In this document: piece after piece, positions 29,855-39,507 of the stretch
Layout: each line of letters begins with the position of its first letter
How positions within the stretch are numbered: the stretch's first letter is position 1
Source: Spirochaetia bacterium
GTDB taxonomy: Bacteria > Spirochaetota > Spirochaetia > SZUA-6 > Bin103
Length of the DNA stretch: 64,000 bases
Reading direction: 5' to 3'
Assembly: GCA_965243555.1 (NCBI GenBank)
Contig: OZ251575.1
Span: 2,977,000-3,040,999 of the forward strand
The notes under the pieces: generated by a model
Seen by the model: only the letters and a program-made list of their open reading frames with translations
Database searches by the model: none
Told to the model about the DNA's origin: nothing
Program-made: the position numbers and the translations under genes

Positions 29855-30768
29855 ACGCGTTTCCGCAGGCGCGGGTTGGCCACCTCGTCCAGGCCCGCGG
29901 TGATCATGAACAGCCCCACGAACAGCAGTACGATCACGACGATGGGCGGCATCAACCACCACCACCAGCCGTGCAGGATCGACGAGTACCAGATGTTCCA
30001 GTAGATGGTCATGCCGATGGTGGGCGAGTCGAGCGGCCCCAGCCCCAGCGCCTCCAGACCGATGGAGGAGAGAATCGCGGAGGCCACCGCGCTCACGAAG
30101 CTGGCGGCGATGTAGGGGGCAAGGTTGGGCATCATCTCTTGAAAGATGATGCCGACCGGCCCGGTGCCGGAGAGCTTGGCTACCTGGACGTAGGACTTCT
30201 CGCGCATCACCAGCACCTGGGCGCGGATGGTGCGCGCCGGCCAGCGCCAGGCGAGCACCGCCACCGCCAGCGCCATCTGGTCCACGGTGAGGCCACCGCT
30301 CGGAACCGACACCGCGATCAGCACCAGCACCAGCAACTGCGGCACGGTGAGCATCACGTCGGTGCCGGTGCGGATCAGTTCGTCCGCCCAACCGCCGCTG
30401 TAGGCGGCCACGAACGCCAGCACCATGCCGACGCCGATGCCGATGAGGCCGGCGATCAGCCCGATGCGCAGGGTGAGCGGGGTGCCGACGATGATCACGG
30501 CGAGTATGTCGCGGCCCTGGCGGTCGGTGCCCAGGGGAAACTCGCCGTCCGGCGCCCGGTTGGCGGGCACCGAGAGCGCTTCCACGCGCGACACGTCGTA
30601 GAACAGGTGCCCCCAGAGCACGAACAACCCCAGCGCCAGCAGGATGAGAATGCCGATTCCGAGCGTCGGGTTGCGCCGCAGGTAGCGGGCGAACGCCAGG
30701 GCGCCGCGCGCCAGGCGGGTGGCGGGCTCGCGGCGGGCGGCGAAGGCGGGGGCGCCGGCGGTGGCCAC
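29851..30768 (-). CDS. OppC-like ABC permease
   Basis: LGTDRQGRD, ARTIRAQVL, GLEALGLG, NPRLR. Confidence 0.9.
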   Translation of the reverse strand: MATAGAPAFAARREPATRLARGALAFARYLRRNPTLGIGILILLALGLFVLWGHLFYDVSRVEALSVPANRAPDGEFPLGTDRQGRDILAVIIVGTPLTLRIGLIAGLIGIGVGMVLAFVAAYSGGWADELIRTGTDVMLTVPQLLVLVLIAVSVPSGGLTVDQMALAVAVLAWRWPARTIRAQVLVMREKSYVQVAKLSGTGPVGIIFQEMMPNLAPYIAASFVSAVASAILSSIGLEALGLGPLDSPTIGMTIYWNIWYSSILHGWWWWLMPPIVVIVLLFVGLFMITAGLDEVANPRLRKRV

Positions 30769-30769
30769 G

Positions 30770-31777
30770 TCAGGCGTGCCCGTACTGGATGCGCGGATCT
30801 ATCAGCGGATAGAACAGGTCGATCAGCAACGTGGCGAACGCGATCGAGAAGATGATCACGAACACCACCCCGTTGAGCACGAAGAAGTCGTTCTGGATGA
30901 TCGACTGCACCAGCAGGCCGCCGATCCCGGGGTAGGAGAACACCACCTCCACCAGCACGATCTGCGAAACGATGGTGCCCAGCGAAAGCGCCAGGCTGGT
31001 GGTCTGCGGCAGCAGCGTGTTGCGCAGCCCGTAGCGGAAGAAGATGCGCCCCCAGCGCAGCCCCTTGGCTTCCGCCTGCAGCATGTAGTCCTCGCCCTGC
31101 ATGGTGACCATCATGCCGCGCATCGACAGCGACCAGAACCCGACCTGCGCCAGCACCATGGAGAGGGCGGGGAGCACCGCGTGATGCGCCACGTCGAGCA
31201 GGAACCCCAGCGAGCGCCAGTTGGGAAAGGTGGCCACCGTGTAGCCGCCGAACAGCGGGAACCACTTGGCCTGGAACGCCAGCAGGAACAGCAGCACCAG
31301 GCCGAGCAGGTAGTAGGGCACCGCGGACAACGTGAGCAGCGGCATGAACACGTACTGCAGGGAGGGCGGCGAGCGCGGCCAGCCGAGCAGCGCGCCCAGC
31401 AGGGTGCCGATCAGGAAGGCGAACAGCACCGCCATGCCGCCCAGGATGATCGTCCACGGCAGCGTTTCGCCGATCAGCTCCCAGGCGCTCTTGGGAAAGT
31501 TGGTGATCGACTGGCCAAAGTCCAGGCGCAGGATGTCGGCGAGGTAGTTGAAGTACTGCACCAGCAGCGGTCGGTCGAGCCCGAAGCGCTTCTCGTAGTG
31601 GGCGACCATCTCTTCCAGGCCGGCCTGCAGGTAGCCGCCCCGGGTCGCTTCTTCAAGCAGCTTCTCGCGGATCGGGTTCTGCCCCGAGATGCGCGGCAAA
31701 AAGAAGATGCCGGTGACCGCAAGAATCAGCGTGATGAGAAAGATGACTACGCGCTTGACGACGTAGCCTGGTTGCAC
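30770..31777 (-). CDS. OppB-like ABC permease
   Basis: FGLDRPL..QY..YL, DFGQSI, EDY...AEAKGL, EVVFSYPGIG, DPRI. GTG 31777 with AAGGAG SD. Confidence 0.92.
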   Translation of the reverse strand: MQPGYVVKRVVIFLITLILAVTGIFFLPRISGQNPIREKLLEEATRGGYLQAGLEEMVAHYEKRFGLDRPLLVQYFNYLADILRLDFGQSITNFPKSAWELIGETLPWTIILGGMAVLFAFLIGTLLGALLGWPRSPPSLQYVFMPLLTLSAVPYYLLGLVLLFLLAFQAKWFPLFGGYTVATFPNWRSLGFLLDVAHHAVLPALSMVLAQVGFWSLSMRGMMVTMQGEDYMLQAEAKGLRWGRIFFRYGLRNTLLPQTTSLALSLGTIVSQIVLVEVVFSYPGIGGLLVQSIIQNDFFVLNGVVFVIIFSIAFATLLIDLFYPLIDPRIQYGHA

Positions 31778-31877
31778 GGGCGAACTCCTTTTGCGCCGCA
31801 ACGCCGGGCCGCGGCAGCGGGGCCGCGCGCCGGCGTCGCCGGTCCGGCTCCGCGCTACGGGGCGGAACCTGTCGCGC

Positions 31878-31906
31878 AGGGTACCGGGATCGCCCCGCGG
31901 CGTCAA
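31878..31906 (-). promoter_or_regulatory. sigma70-like promoter TTGACG-N17-TACCCT
   Basis: Upstream of the oppB-like gene on the minus strand. Confidence 0.55.
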
Positions 31907-32028
31907 CCGTCCACGCCGCCGCCCCGTCCGCCGCCTGCCCGGCCCGCCACCTGCTCGTCCGCCGTCCGCCCGGCGCCCGCCCGGCGCCCGCCGCGCGGCG
32001 CCGCCGTGGTACGGTAAGGTGGCGCTTG

Positions 32029-33240
32029 ATGGAGGCGGAAGCTCGGAGCGAACGGCGGCGCCGGTGGCTGCGGCTGCCGCGCGCCGCCGGCGTGATCGCG
32101 GTGGTGATCGCGCTCTACGGCCTGCTGCTCCTGTTCATGGGCGTCGGGCTGCTGCTGGTGCCGGACGCCATGGCCGGCGGCGCGGACAACGGCGCCCAGG
32201 TCGTCGCTATCCTGTTCGGCTTCTTCGGCGTGCTCACCATGCTGCTCGCCCGCGGCCTCTTGCAGCGCCGGCGCCGCGCCTGGGGCGCCGCCCTGGTGCT
32301 GGCCGCGGCGACCCTGCCATCGACTGCGTTGCGGGTCGTCCAGGGAGAGAGCATCTTCTTTCACCTGCCGACGTTGCTGGTGATCGCCGGGCTGCTGGCG
32401 TTCCACCGCCAGTTCTCGGTGCGCGCGGCGCGCCGCGTCAGCTACGGGCAGGTAGTGGCGGCAATCGCCATCGCGCTGGCGCTCACCTACGGCATCGTCG
32501 GCACCTACCTGCTGCGCGATCAGTTCCACGGCGTGGACGGTTGGACCGATGCCACCTACTTCGCGATGGTGGCGTTCGTTACCCTGGGCTACGACTTCGA
32601 CGTCGCCGAGGTCTATCCGGTCACCGCCAACGCGCGATGGTTCGCGGTCTCCATGTATCTGATCGGCATTACGCTGTTCATTACGGCCGTGTCGGTAGCG
32701 CTCGGCCCGATCGTCGAAGGCCGCGTCAAGGGGGTGATGTACTTGGTCAAGCGGTTCCAACAGTTGAGCAACCACGTGGTGGTGTGCGGTTACAGCGGCG
32801 TGGCCGCCAGCATCGTCGACGAGTTGCGCGACCGCGGCGTGGTGGTGGTGATCGTCGACGACCGCGAGAAGGTGGTGCAGCAACTGCGCGACAAGGGCCA
32901 CGACGTCCTGGAGGGCGACCCCACGCGGCGCGAGACGCTGATCGATGCCAGCGCCGGCCGGGCGAGCGCGCTGATCGCCAGCTTCGACAGCGACTCGATG
33001 AACACGCTGGTGGCGGTCAACGCCAAGGACCTGCGCGACTCCGCGCCGCGCGCCCGGTTCGCGATTCTGGTGCGCATCGAAGACGAGGAGAACGTCGACA
33101 AGGTGCGCCGCCTGGGCGTGAACGAGGTGATCTCCCCCTCCACCCTCGGCGGCCGGCTGCTCGCCGAGCGCGCCGTGGCCCTGGGCGAGTCTCCCCAACC
33201 GGCGGCCGTCCCGGCCGGACCGGGCGGCCGCGCAGGTTGA
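32029..33240 (+). CDS. Kch-like ion channel (Ion_trans_2 plus TrkA_N/RCK) with a non-canonical filter
   Basis: Multiple TM helices, DATYFAMVAFVTLGY pore helix, NHVVVCGYSGVA RCK domain, GDPT, VISP. Confidence 0.85.
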   Translation: MEAEARSERRRRWLRLPRAAGVIAVVIALYGLLLLFMGVGLLLVPDAMAGGADNGAQVVAILFGFFGVLTMLLARGLLQRRRRAWGAALVLAAATLPSTALRVVQGESIFFHLPTLLVIAGLLAFHRQFSVRAARRVSYGQVVAAIAIALALTYGIVGTYLLRDQFHGVDGWTDATYFAMVAFVTLGYDFDVAEVYPVTANARWFAVSMYLIGITLFITAVSVALGPIVEGRVKGVMYLVKRFQQLSNHVVVCGYSGVAASIVDELRDRGVVVVIVDDREKVVQQLRDKGHDVLEGDPTRRETLIDASAGRASALIASFDSDSMNTLVAVNAKDLRDSAPRARFAILVRIEDEENVDKVRRLGVNEVISPSTLGGRLLAERAVALGESPQPAAVPAGPGGRAG

Positions 33241-33265
33241 CGATCCGGCGCGCGGGACGTAGGTT
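33237..33265 (+). promoter_or_regulatory. sigma70-like promoter TTGACG-N17-TAGGTT
   Basis: Upstream of the SBP gene, which has a strong AAGGAGG SD. Confidence 0.6.
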
Positions 33266-33299
33266 ATACGTTACGCAAAGAGACCAGTAAGGAGGAATC

Positions 33300-35066
33300 A
33301 TGCGCACTACCGTGCTCCGTGCCGTATTTGCGGCCTTGTTCACGTTGCTGCTGGCGGGACCCGTGTTCGCCAGCGCCGAGATGGAGGGCAGCGGCGTCAG
33401 CGACATACCGCGGGAACGCCAGCTCCGGCTGTTCTGGGGTGGCTCGGGCGGCGTCGGCGCCGCCGGACGCTATACCGACCACGAGCTGTGGAATCCCTAT
33501 AACCCTGGCACCAGCCATCAGAACGGCCCCGGCCTGTTCGCCGAGCCGTTGGCCTACTACAGCGCCTTCGCCGACCAGATGATCCCGTGGTTGGCCGAGA
33601 GTTGGGAGTACAACAGCGACTTTACCGCGCTCACCATCAACACGCGGCGGGGAGTCACCTGGAGCGACGGCGAGCCGTTCGGCGCCAAGGACGTCGCCTA
33701 TACCCTGCAGACCCTGCTGGAGATCGGCCCCGCGGTGCGCTGGGGTACCGACGTGCAGGCGGCGGTGGAGTCGGTGCAGCTCGTGAGCGACGACCAGGTG
33801 CTGGTGCGGTTCAAGGGGCCGCGCCCGAAGTTCCTGTACTTCATGAGCTACAAGTTCGACATCGGCGTGTACGTGGTGCCGCAGCACGTCTTTGAGGGCC
33901 AGGATTGGTCCAGCTTTCCTCACTTCGACCTGGAGCAGGGATGGCCGGTCACCACCGGGCCGTGGCGGGTCGTCGCCACCTCGCCGGAGCAGAAGGTGAT
34001 CGACCGCGCCGACAGTTGGTGGGCCGTGGAACAGGGACTGGTGCCGCGCCTGCCGGAGGTGGAGCGCATCGTCTACATCCCCAACCCCGGTGAGACGCAG
34101 ATGGCCCAGGGCTTTATCGCCAACTCCGTGGACGCCAGCCTGGACATGCGCCCGGCTACCATCCAGGAGGTGATCGCCCAGAATCCGAACGTGATTACCC
34201 ACGCCGGACGCCAGCTTCCTTTCGGCTACGTGGACTGGTGGCCGATCTCGTTGTTCTTCAACACCAAGAACTACCCGTTCGACAACCCCGACGTGCGCTG
34301 GGGCATCAGCTACTTCATTGACCGCGACGAGCTGATCGAGGTCGGCTACGGCGGCGCCGGCACCGCCTACCCGCTGCCGCTGCCTTCCTACAAGCCGCTG
34401 CTGCCCTACCGGGCCGCGATCGACGATCTGCTCAGCGAGCTGGATCCGCTGGAGTACAACCCGGCAAAGGGCGAACGGCGCCTGCGCGCCGCCGGCTTCG
34501 AGCGCGACGGCGACGGCGTGTGGCGCGACGGCGACGGCAACGCCATTACCTGCGACATTCTGGGCTTTGGCATCTTCTCCGACATCGGACCGGTGTTGGC
34601 GGCGCAGCTCAAGCAGCATGGGATTCCGGCGACCTTCGCGACCCCGCCGGACGCCGGCGACCGCCAGAACTCCGGGGACTTCTCCTGCGCCATGCGCGGC
34701 CACGGCGGCAGCGTGCGCGATCCCTACTTCACCATGAAGTTGTACCAGTCTTCGAGCGCTCAGATTCCGGGCGGCCATCAGGTCAACTTCTACCAGTGGG
34801 AGAACGCGGACTACGACGCCATTACCGACGAGGTGGCGGCGACCGGCATGGACGACACCCAGCGGCTGCTGCAGCTCTGGCGCGAGGCGATGGAGATCTG
34901 GCTGCCGGAACTGCCGGACGTGCAGATCGTGGAGTGGTATCACCGCATCCCGATGAACACCACCTACTGGGAGAACTGGCCGACGGCTCAGAACCCATAC
35001 GTCAACGGCGCCTTCTGGCACCTCACCTTCCAGCTCATCCTGAACCGGCTGGAAGCCGCCCAGTAA
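33300..35066 (+). CDS. ABC transporter substrate-binding protein, family 5 (possibly oligosaccharide-binding)
   Basis: Signal peptide, PWLAESWEYN, RRGVTWSDGEPF.A.DV.YT, TTGPW, PFDNPDVR. Confidence 0.9.
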   Translation: MRTTVLRAVFAALFTLLLAGPVFASAEMEGSGVSDIPRERQLRLFWGGSGGVGAAGRYTDHELWNPYNPGTSHQNGPGLFAEPLAYYSAFADQMIPWLAESWEYNSDFTALTINTRRGVTWSDGEPFGAKDVAYTLQTLLEIGPAVRWGTDVQAAVESVQLVSDDQVLVRFKGPRPKFLYFMSYKFDIGVYVVPQHVFEGQDWSSFPHFDLEQGWPVTTGPWRVVATSPEQKVIDRADSWWAVEQGLVPRLPEVERIVYIPNPGETQMAQGFIANSVDASLDMRPATIQEVIAQNPNVITHAGRQLPFGYVDWWPISLFFNTKNYPFDNPDVRWGISYFIDRDELIEVGYGGAGTAYPLPLPSYKPLLPYRAAIDDLLSELDPLEYNPAKGERRLRAAGFERDGDGVWRDGDGNAITCDILGFGIFSDIGPVLAAQLKQHGIPATFATPPDAGDRQNSGDFSCAMRGHGGSVRDPYFTMKLYQSSSAQIPGGHQVNFYQWENADYDAITDEVAATGMDDTQRLLQLWREAMEIWLPELPDVQIVEWYHRIPMNTTYWENWPTAQNPYVNGAFWHLTFQLILNRLEAAQ

Positions 35067-35076
35067 CGCCGCGCGG

Positions 35077-35862
35077 GTGGAATGCGCCGCGCCTGCGGTA
35101 TCCCGGCCCGCTGTGGCGGGCGGGGCCCCGGGCGCGGCGCAGCCGCGGCCGGCGGGCCGCCGCGCCGTGTTGCGCCTAACCGAGCTCCGCGAACGGGAGC
35201 GCGGCCGCCAGCGGCGCGTCCGCGGGCGGCTGCGATTGCTGAGCGGGCTTGCTGCCGTGTACGGCGCGGCGCTGGCGGTGGCCGGCCTTTACGTCAGCCT
35301 CCCGGCGCGCCTGGCCGAGCAGATCGACCGCCACGACTTCGTGCTGCAGCGCCCCGCGTTGGCACCGTTCGCACGCTCCGCGGCGGGCGCGGCGCTGGCC
35401 GGCGGGGCGCTGGGCTTGGGGCTGGTGCTCATGATCCACGGCGGACCGCAACGCCGTTACCTCGTGGCGCGCTGGTTGCTGATCGGCGCCCTGTTCGGCC
35501 TTGCGAGCCCGTTCCTGACCTGGGCGCTGCTGCCGCCGGTGGGCGACCTCATTGACCTGATCGGCGGACGGCTGGCGGCGGCCGCCTTTTTGCCGCGGCT
35601 GGCCGCCGACCTGGTGGATACGCTGCGCTTCTCGTCGGTAAACGGCATCCTGAGTCTGTACGTGGGTCTGGCCGGCGGTGCGCTGCTGGCCGCAGGAGGA
35701 GCGCTTATGGAAGCGGTGAGCGACGGACCGGGGGTGGCGGCAACGCGCGCGCCGATCGTGGTGTGCGCCGCGCTTACGCTCGGGGTCTGTCTGGCGCTGT
35801 TTTTCGGACCGTTCGCGTGGTTCGAACGCCTCGTGTACGGCATCGGCACGCGCCTGCCATGA
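35077..35862 (+). CDS. hypothetical membrane protein
   Basis: About 5 hydrophobic segments. Stop overlaps the next ATG (ATGA). Start uncertain (perhaps GTG 35167). Confidence 0.6.
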   Translation: MECAAPAVSRPAVAGGAPGAAQPRPAGRRAVLRLTELRERERGRQRRVRGRLRLLSGLAAVYGAALAVAGLYVSLPARLAEQIDRHDFVLQRPALAPFARSAAGAALAGGALGLGLVLMIHGGPQRRYLVARWLLIGALFGLASPFLTWALLPPVGDLIDLIGGRLAAAAFLPRLAADLVDTLRFSSVNGILSLYVGLAGGALLAAGGALMEAVSDGPGVAATRAPIVVCAALTLGVCLALFFGPFAWFERLVYGIGTRLP

Positions 35863-37700
35863 GTTTTTTCAGTGACCGGAGGCGCGGGCGGGCCTTGTGG
35901 TGCGTGCTGGTGCTCGCGCTCGCCGCGTGGCCGGGCGCCGCGCAGCAGGACGCCGCGGCTGCGGAGCCCGCAGATGCTGCGGATGCGGCCGCGGGCGGGG
36001 CGGCGTTCGAGGTGCAGCCGTTCGCGGTCAGCGCCCGCGCCATCGCCCTGACCTATGACGGCGAGCACCTGTGGGCGGCGCGGTATGACGAGGGCAGCGT
36101 GGCCAAGCTGACCACCGGCGGCCGCGAGCTGGCGGTGGTGCCGGTAGCGGCCACGCCGATCAAGCTGGCTTACGACGGCGAACACGTGTGGGTCAGTCAC
36201 TTCGAGGAGCCGGTCGTCACCAAGCTGGACCGCGATGGCCGCGAGCTGGGGCGCTACCGCACCGGCGAGTCGCCCGGCGGCATGCACTTCGTGGGCGGCG
36301 GCATGTGGGTGGCCAACGGCATGTCCCACTCCCTGCACTTCCTGCGCCGCAGCGACGGCATGCTGCTGGCCGAGGTGGCGGTGGACGCCGGCCCGTTCGC
36401 CCTGGCCTTCGACGGCAAGCACCTGTGGGTCGCCAGCTACTTTGCCGACACCATCAGCAAGTTCGCCCCCAACGGCACCCTGGCAGGGCACTGGCCGACG
36501 GCGCCCGACCCGGTGGCGCTGGCGTTCGACGGCGAACACGTGTGGGTGCTCTCGGTCGACGACGACGCGCTGATCAAGATGCGCACCAACGGCCAGGTGG
36601 TAGGCCGCTATCCCGTTCCCGACGGCCCGCGCGACCTGCTGTTCGACGGCGAGCACCTGTGGGTGGCCTGCTTCGACGCCAAGGCGGTTGCCAAGCTCAC
36701 CCTCGACGGCGAGCTGGTCGGCGCGGTCGCGGTCGGCAACGGGCCGTGGGCACTGGCCGGCGACGGCGAGCACCTGTGGGTGGCGGACTCAACCACGCCG
36801 GTCATTTTCAGATTGGGGCCGCTGGACGCGGCGATGCCGGTCACGGCGCGGCTGGTGCCGGAGGCCCCGGCGGCGCCGCCGGAGGAGCTGCCCGGCGTCG
36901 CCTACGACGGCCAGCACCTGTGGATTGCCGACCCGCGCGGCAACAAGATCGACCTGCTGGGGCCGAGCCGGTTGCTCGGCTCCCTGCCGGTCGGCGCGAC
37001 GCCGGTGGCGATCGCGCGCGCCGGCGAGACCACCTGGGTGGCCAACGCCGGCGACGGCAGCGTGTCGCGCATCGCCGGCGGCGGTGAGCAGGTCGACTCG
37101 TTTCCGGTAGCGGGGGAGCCGCGCGCGCTGCTGCCGCTGGCCGGCTCGGTGTGGGTGGCGGACGCCGCCGGCGACCGCCTGGTGCGGCTGTCGGCCGCCG
37201 GGGAGCAACGTGAGGAGGTGGCGGTCGGGCGCCGCCCCTCCGCCCTGGTGGCGGTCGGCGGCGACCTGTGGGTGGCGAATCGCGACGACGCGACCCTGTC
37301 GGTGGTCACCCCCGGCGCCGGGGTGCGCGCCACCGTGGCCGCGGGTCCGAGCCCGGTGGCGCTGGCCACCGACCGGGAGCACGTGTGGGTGGCCAACCGC
37401 GGCGACGCCACGATCAGCAAGCTCACCCCGGACGGGACCGAGGTGGGCCGCTACCGCGTGGGCGAGCAGCCGGTGGCCATCACCTACTCCGACTACCACG
37501 GCGACGGCCACGTGTGGGTGGCCAACTTGGCCGACGACACGGTGATGAAGCTGACCCGCCAAGGCATGCGCCTGGCGGTGGTGCGCACCGGCGACGCCCC
37601 GGCCGCGCTGGTGGTGGCCGGCGACAACCTGGTGGTGGTAAACGCCGGCTCGCAAACCCTGACCCGCATCCCCCTCGCCACCGGCGGCGCCACCATGTAG
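35859..37700 (+). CDS. secreted YncE/YVTN-like beta-propeller repeat protein
   Basis: Signal peptide, then many ~39-aa repeats of consensus P.ALAFDGEHLWVA....TISK. Confidence 0.8.
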   Translation: MSFFSDRRRGRALWCVLVLALAAWPGAAQQDAAAAEPADAADAAAGGAAFEVQPFAVSARAIALTYDGEHLWAARYDEGSVAKLTTGGRELAVVPVAATPIKLAYDGEHVWVSHFEEPVVTKLDRDGRELGRYRTGESPGGMHFVGGGMWVANGMSHSLHFLRRSDGMLLAEVAVDAGPFALAFDGKHLWVASYFADTISKFAPNGTLAGHWPTAPDPVALAFDGEHVWVLSVDDDALIKMRTNGQVVGRYPVPDGPRDLLFDGEHLWVACFDAKAVAKLTLDGELVGAVAVGNGPWALAGDGEHLWVADSTTPVIFRLGPLDAAMPVTARLVPEAPAAPPEELPGVAYDGQHLWIADPRGNKIDLLGPSRLLGSLPVGATPVAIARAGETTWVANAGDGSVSRIAGGGEQVDSFPVAGEPRALLPLAGSVWVADAAGDRLVRLSAAGEQREEVAVGRRPSALVAVGGDLWVANRDDATLSVVTPGAGVRATVAAGPSPVALATDREHVWVANRGDATISKLTPDGTEVGRYRVGEQPVAITYSDYHGDGHVWVANLADDTVMKLTRQGMRLAVVRTGDAPAALVVAGDNLVVVNAGSQTLTRIPLATGGATM

Positions 37701-37755
37701 CGCGCCGCCGGTAGCTTGCTGTCGCGCATCCCTTACCGCCCGCCCGGAGGATAGC

Positions 37756-37783
37756 TTGACAGGCTGCCGGGCACGTCGATAAT
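37756..37783 (+). promoter_or_regulatory. sigma70-like promoter TTGACA-N16-GATAAT
   Basis: About 20 nt upstream of the ATPase start. Confidence 0.6.
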
Positions 37784-37804
37784 TGACTTACTTGCAGGCC
37801 ACTC

Positions 37805-38935
37805 ATGCTCAAGAGATTCTACGCTGACAACTTTCGGTGCCTGACCAATTTCGAGCTTGAACTCGAGGAAGCGAACGTTTTTCTCGGCACCAACGGTACC
37901 GGCAAGTCTTCAGTGTTTACCGTACTGCGGAAGATACAGGACCTAGTGGCTCGCGGGGGGAGAATCGACGAGGTGTTTTCAGCGTCGGATCGGACAGTCG
38001 GCCAGAACCGCAACACACAGCACTTTGAGATCGATACCGACACAGATGAGCACACGTACCGCTACGCACTGACAATAGAGCACGATCCCGGCAGGGACCG
38101 AATGCGCATCAATAAGGAGACTCTAGAGCACGATGGCAGACCAATCTTTGAATTCGAGAATGGCCAAGCGCAACTCTACCATGACGACTATACCGCAGGT
38201 CCCAGCTATCCATTTGACTGGACGTTGTCTGGGCTAGGCACGTTGAACGAGCGGCTTGGCAACCAGAAGCTCACACGGTTCAAGAGGGAATTACGAAACT
38301 ATATTGTCTCCGGTATCTGCCCGCCTCTGTTCCGATCTGAGACCAGGACCGAAGATAGCTTTATCGACCCCTTGATGGAAAATTTCGTCAGTTGGTATCG
38401 TCACCACTTTCAGGAAAACATGGGATCGATCGGAGCCCTGTTCGCTGCACTTCGCGACTCAATTCCGAGCTTCTACTCAATCCGGCTTAGTGAGTCCGGT
38501 GAGAACTCTCGGGCATTCAAGGCGGTCTTTCGCAGTGCATCCAACAAGAGGGTTGAGTATGGACTGGATCAGCTTTCCGACGGCCAGCGGGCGTTGATCG
38601 CCTTGTACAGCTTGATCCTGCTTGCCGACGACCGCCGCGTATCGCTGTTCATCGACGAACCCGACAACTACGTGGCGCTACGCGAGATTCAGCCGTGGCT
38701 GGCGGAGGCGGCGGGCCGCTGCGGCGAGTCACTCGAGCAGATCACCGTCATCTCACACCACCCGGTCACCATTGACTACCTGGCCGGTGCCCACGGCCGC
38801 TGGTTCTTTCGGAACGGCGACGGACCGGCGCGGGTAGGCGAAGAACCGGCGGCACCCGACGGAGTGGCGCTTTCCGATACTATCGCTCGCGGATGGGAAG
38901 ATGAGCGCGAAAATTATCCTACTCTGCGAGGATAA
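37805..38935 (+). CDS. AAA_21/ABC-type (AriA/OLD-like) ATPase
   Basis: NFRCL.NF, GTNGTGKSS, LSDGQRAL, IDEPDNY, ISHHP. Lower GC. Confidence 0.85.
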   Translation: MLKRFYADNFRCLTNFELELEEANVFLGTNGTGKSSVFTVLRKIQDLVARGGRIDEVFSASDRTVGQNRNTQHFEIDTDTDEHTYRYALTIEHDPGRDRMRINKETLEHDGRPIFEFENGQAQLYHDDYTAGPSYPFDWTLSGLGTLNERLGNQKLTRFKRELRNYIVSGICPPLFRSETRTEDSFIDPLMENFVSWYRHHFQENMGSIGALFAALRDSIPSFYSIRLSESGENSRAFKAVFRSASNKRVEYGLDQLSDGQRALIALYSLILLADDRRVSLFIDEPDNYVALREIQPWLAEAAGRCGESLEQITVISHHPVTIDYLAGAHGRWFFRNGDGPARVGEEPAAPDGVALSDTIARGWEDERENYPTLRG

Positions 38936-39443
38936 GCAGACCGACTGTTTCGTCCGCAAGTTTCTCGCTCATCGCAATTGGGGTCACCGTGACATTCTCA
39001 CACTTCCGGTTCCCGGCGGCGCCCAATCCGGCGAACAATGGGTTCGCACGCGCTATCCTAAAGAACTGACGTATATTCGCCGCAAGCAGCGTGCGGTTTT
39101 GCTGGTTGTCATTGATGCGGATACCAATACGACACGCTACAGAAGAACACAACTTGAGCAGGAATGTCGCGAACAGGGCGTTCCCCCGAACAGTCCATCG
39201 GACCCGGTGATTCTTGTAGTGCCGCGGCGCAATATCGAGACGTGGTTTTACTTCCTCCAACATAAAACACCAGTCGATGAGACAATGCGTTACCCGAAGC
39301 TCGGTCGGGAGAGTGATTGTCGCCAGCTTGCCGACGAGTTGCATCGAATCTGTCACGAACGGCAGCGCCTCCCCGCCTACACGCCGGAATCATTGAAGGA
39401 GGCGTGTCTGGAGTACCCGAAGCTCACGCAGTTCCTCCGCTGA
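38901..39443 (+). CDS. small TOPRIM-like (RloB/DUF4276-type) protein partnering the ATPase
   Basis: IILLCED, VVIDAD, RNIETW motifs. Overlaps the ATPase end. Confidence 0.65.
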   Translation: MSAKIILLCEDKQTDCFVRKFLAHRNWGHRDILTLPVPGGAQSGEQWVRTRYPKELTYIRRKQRAVLLVVIDADTNTTRYRRTQLEQECREQGVPPNSPSDPVILVVPRRNIETWFYFLQHKTPVDETMRYPKLGRESDCRQLADELHRICHERQRLPAYTPESLKEACLEYPKLTQFLR

Positions 39444-39507
39444 TCCGGGGTGACCGCAGTCGTCGCTACAGGATTTTGTGGCGGCGCCGAATCTGATAGC
39501 AGGAGAC

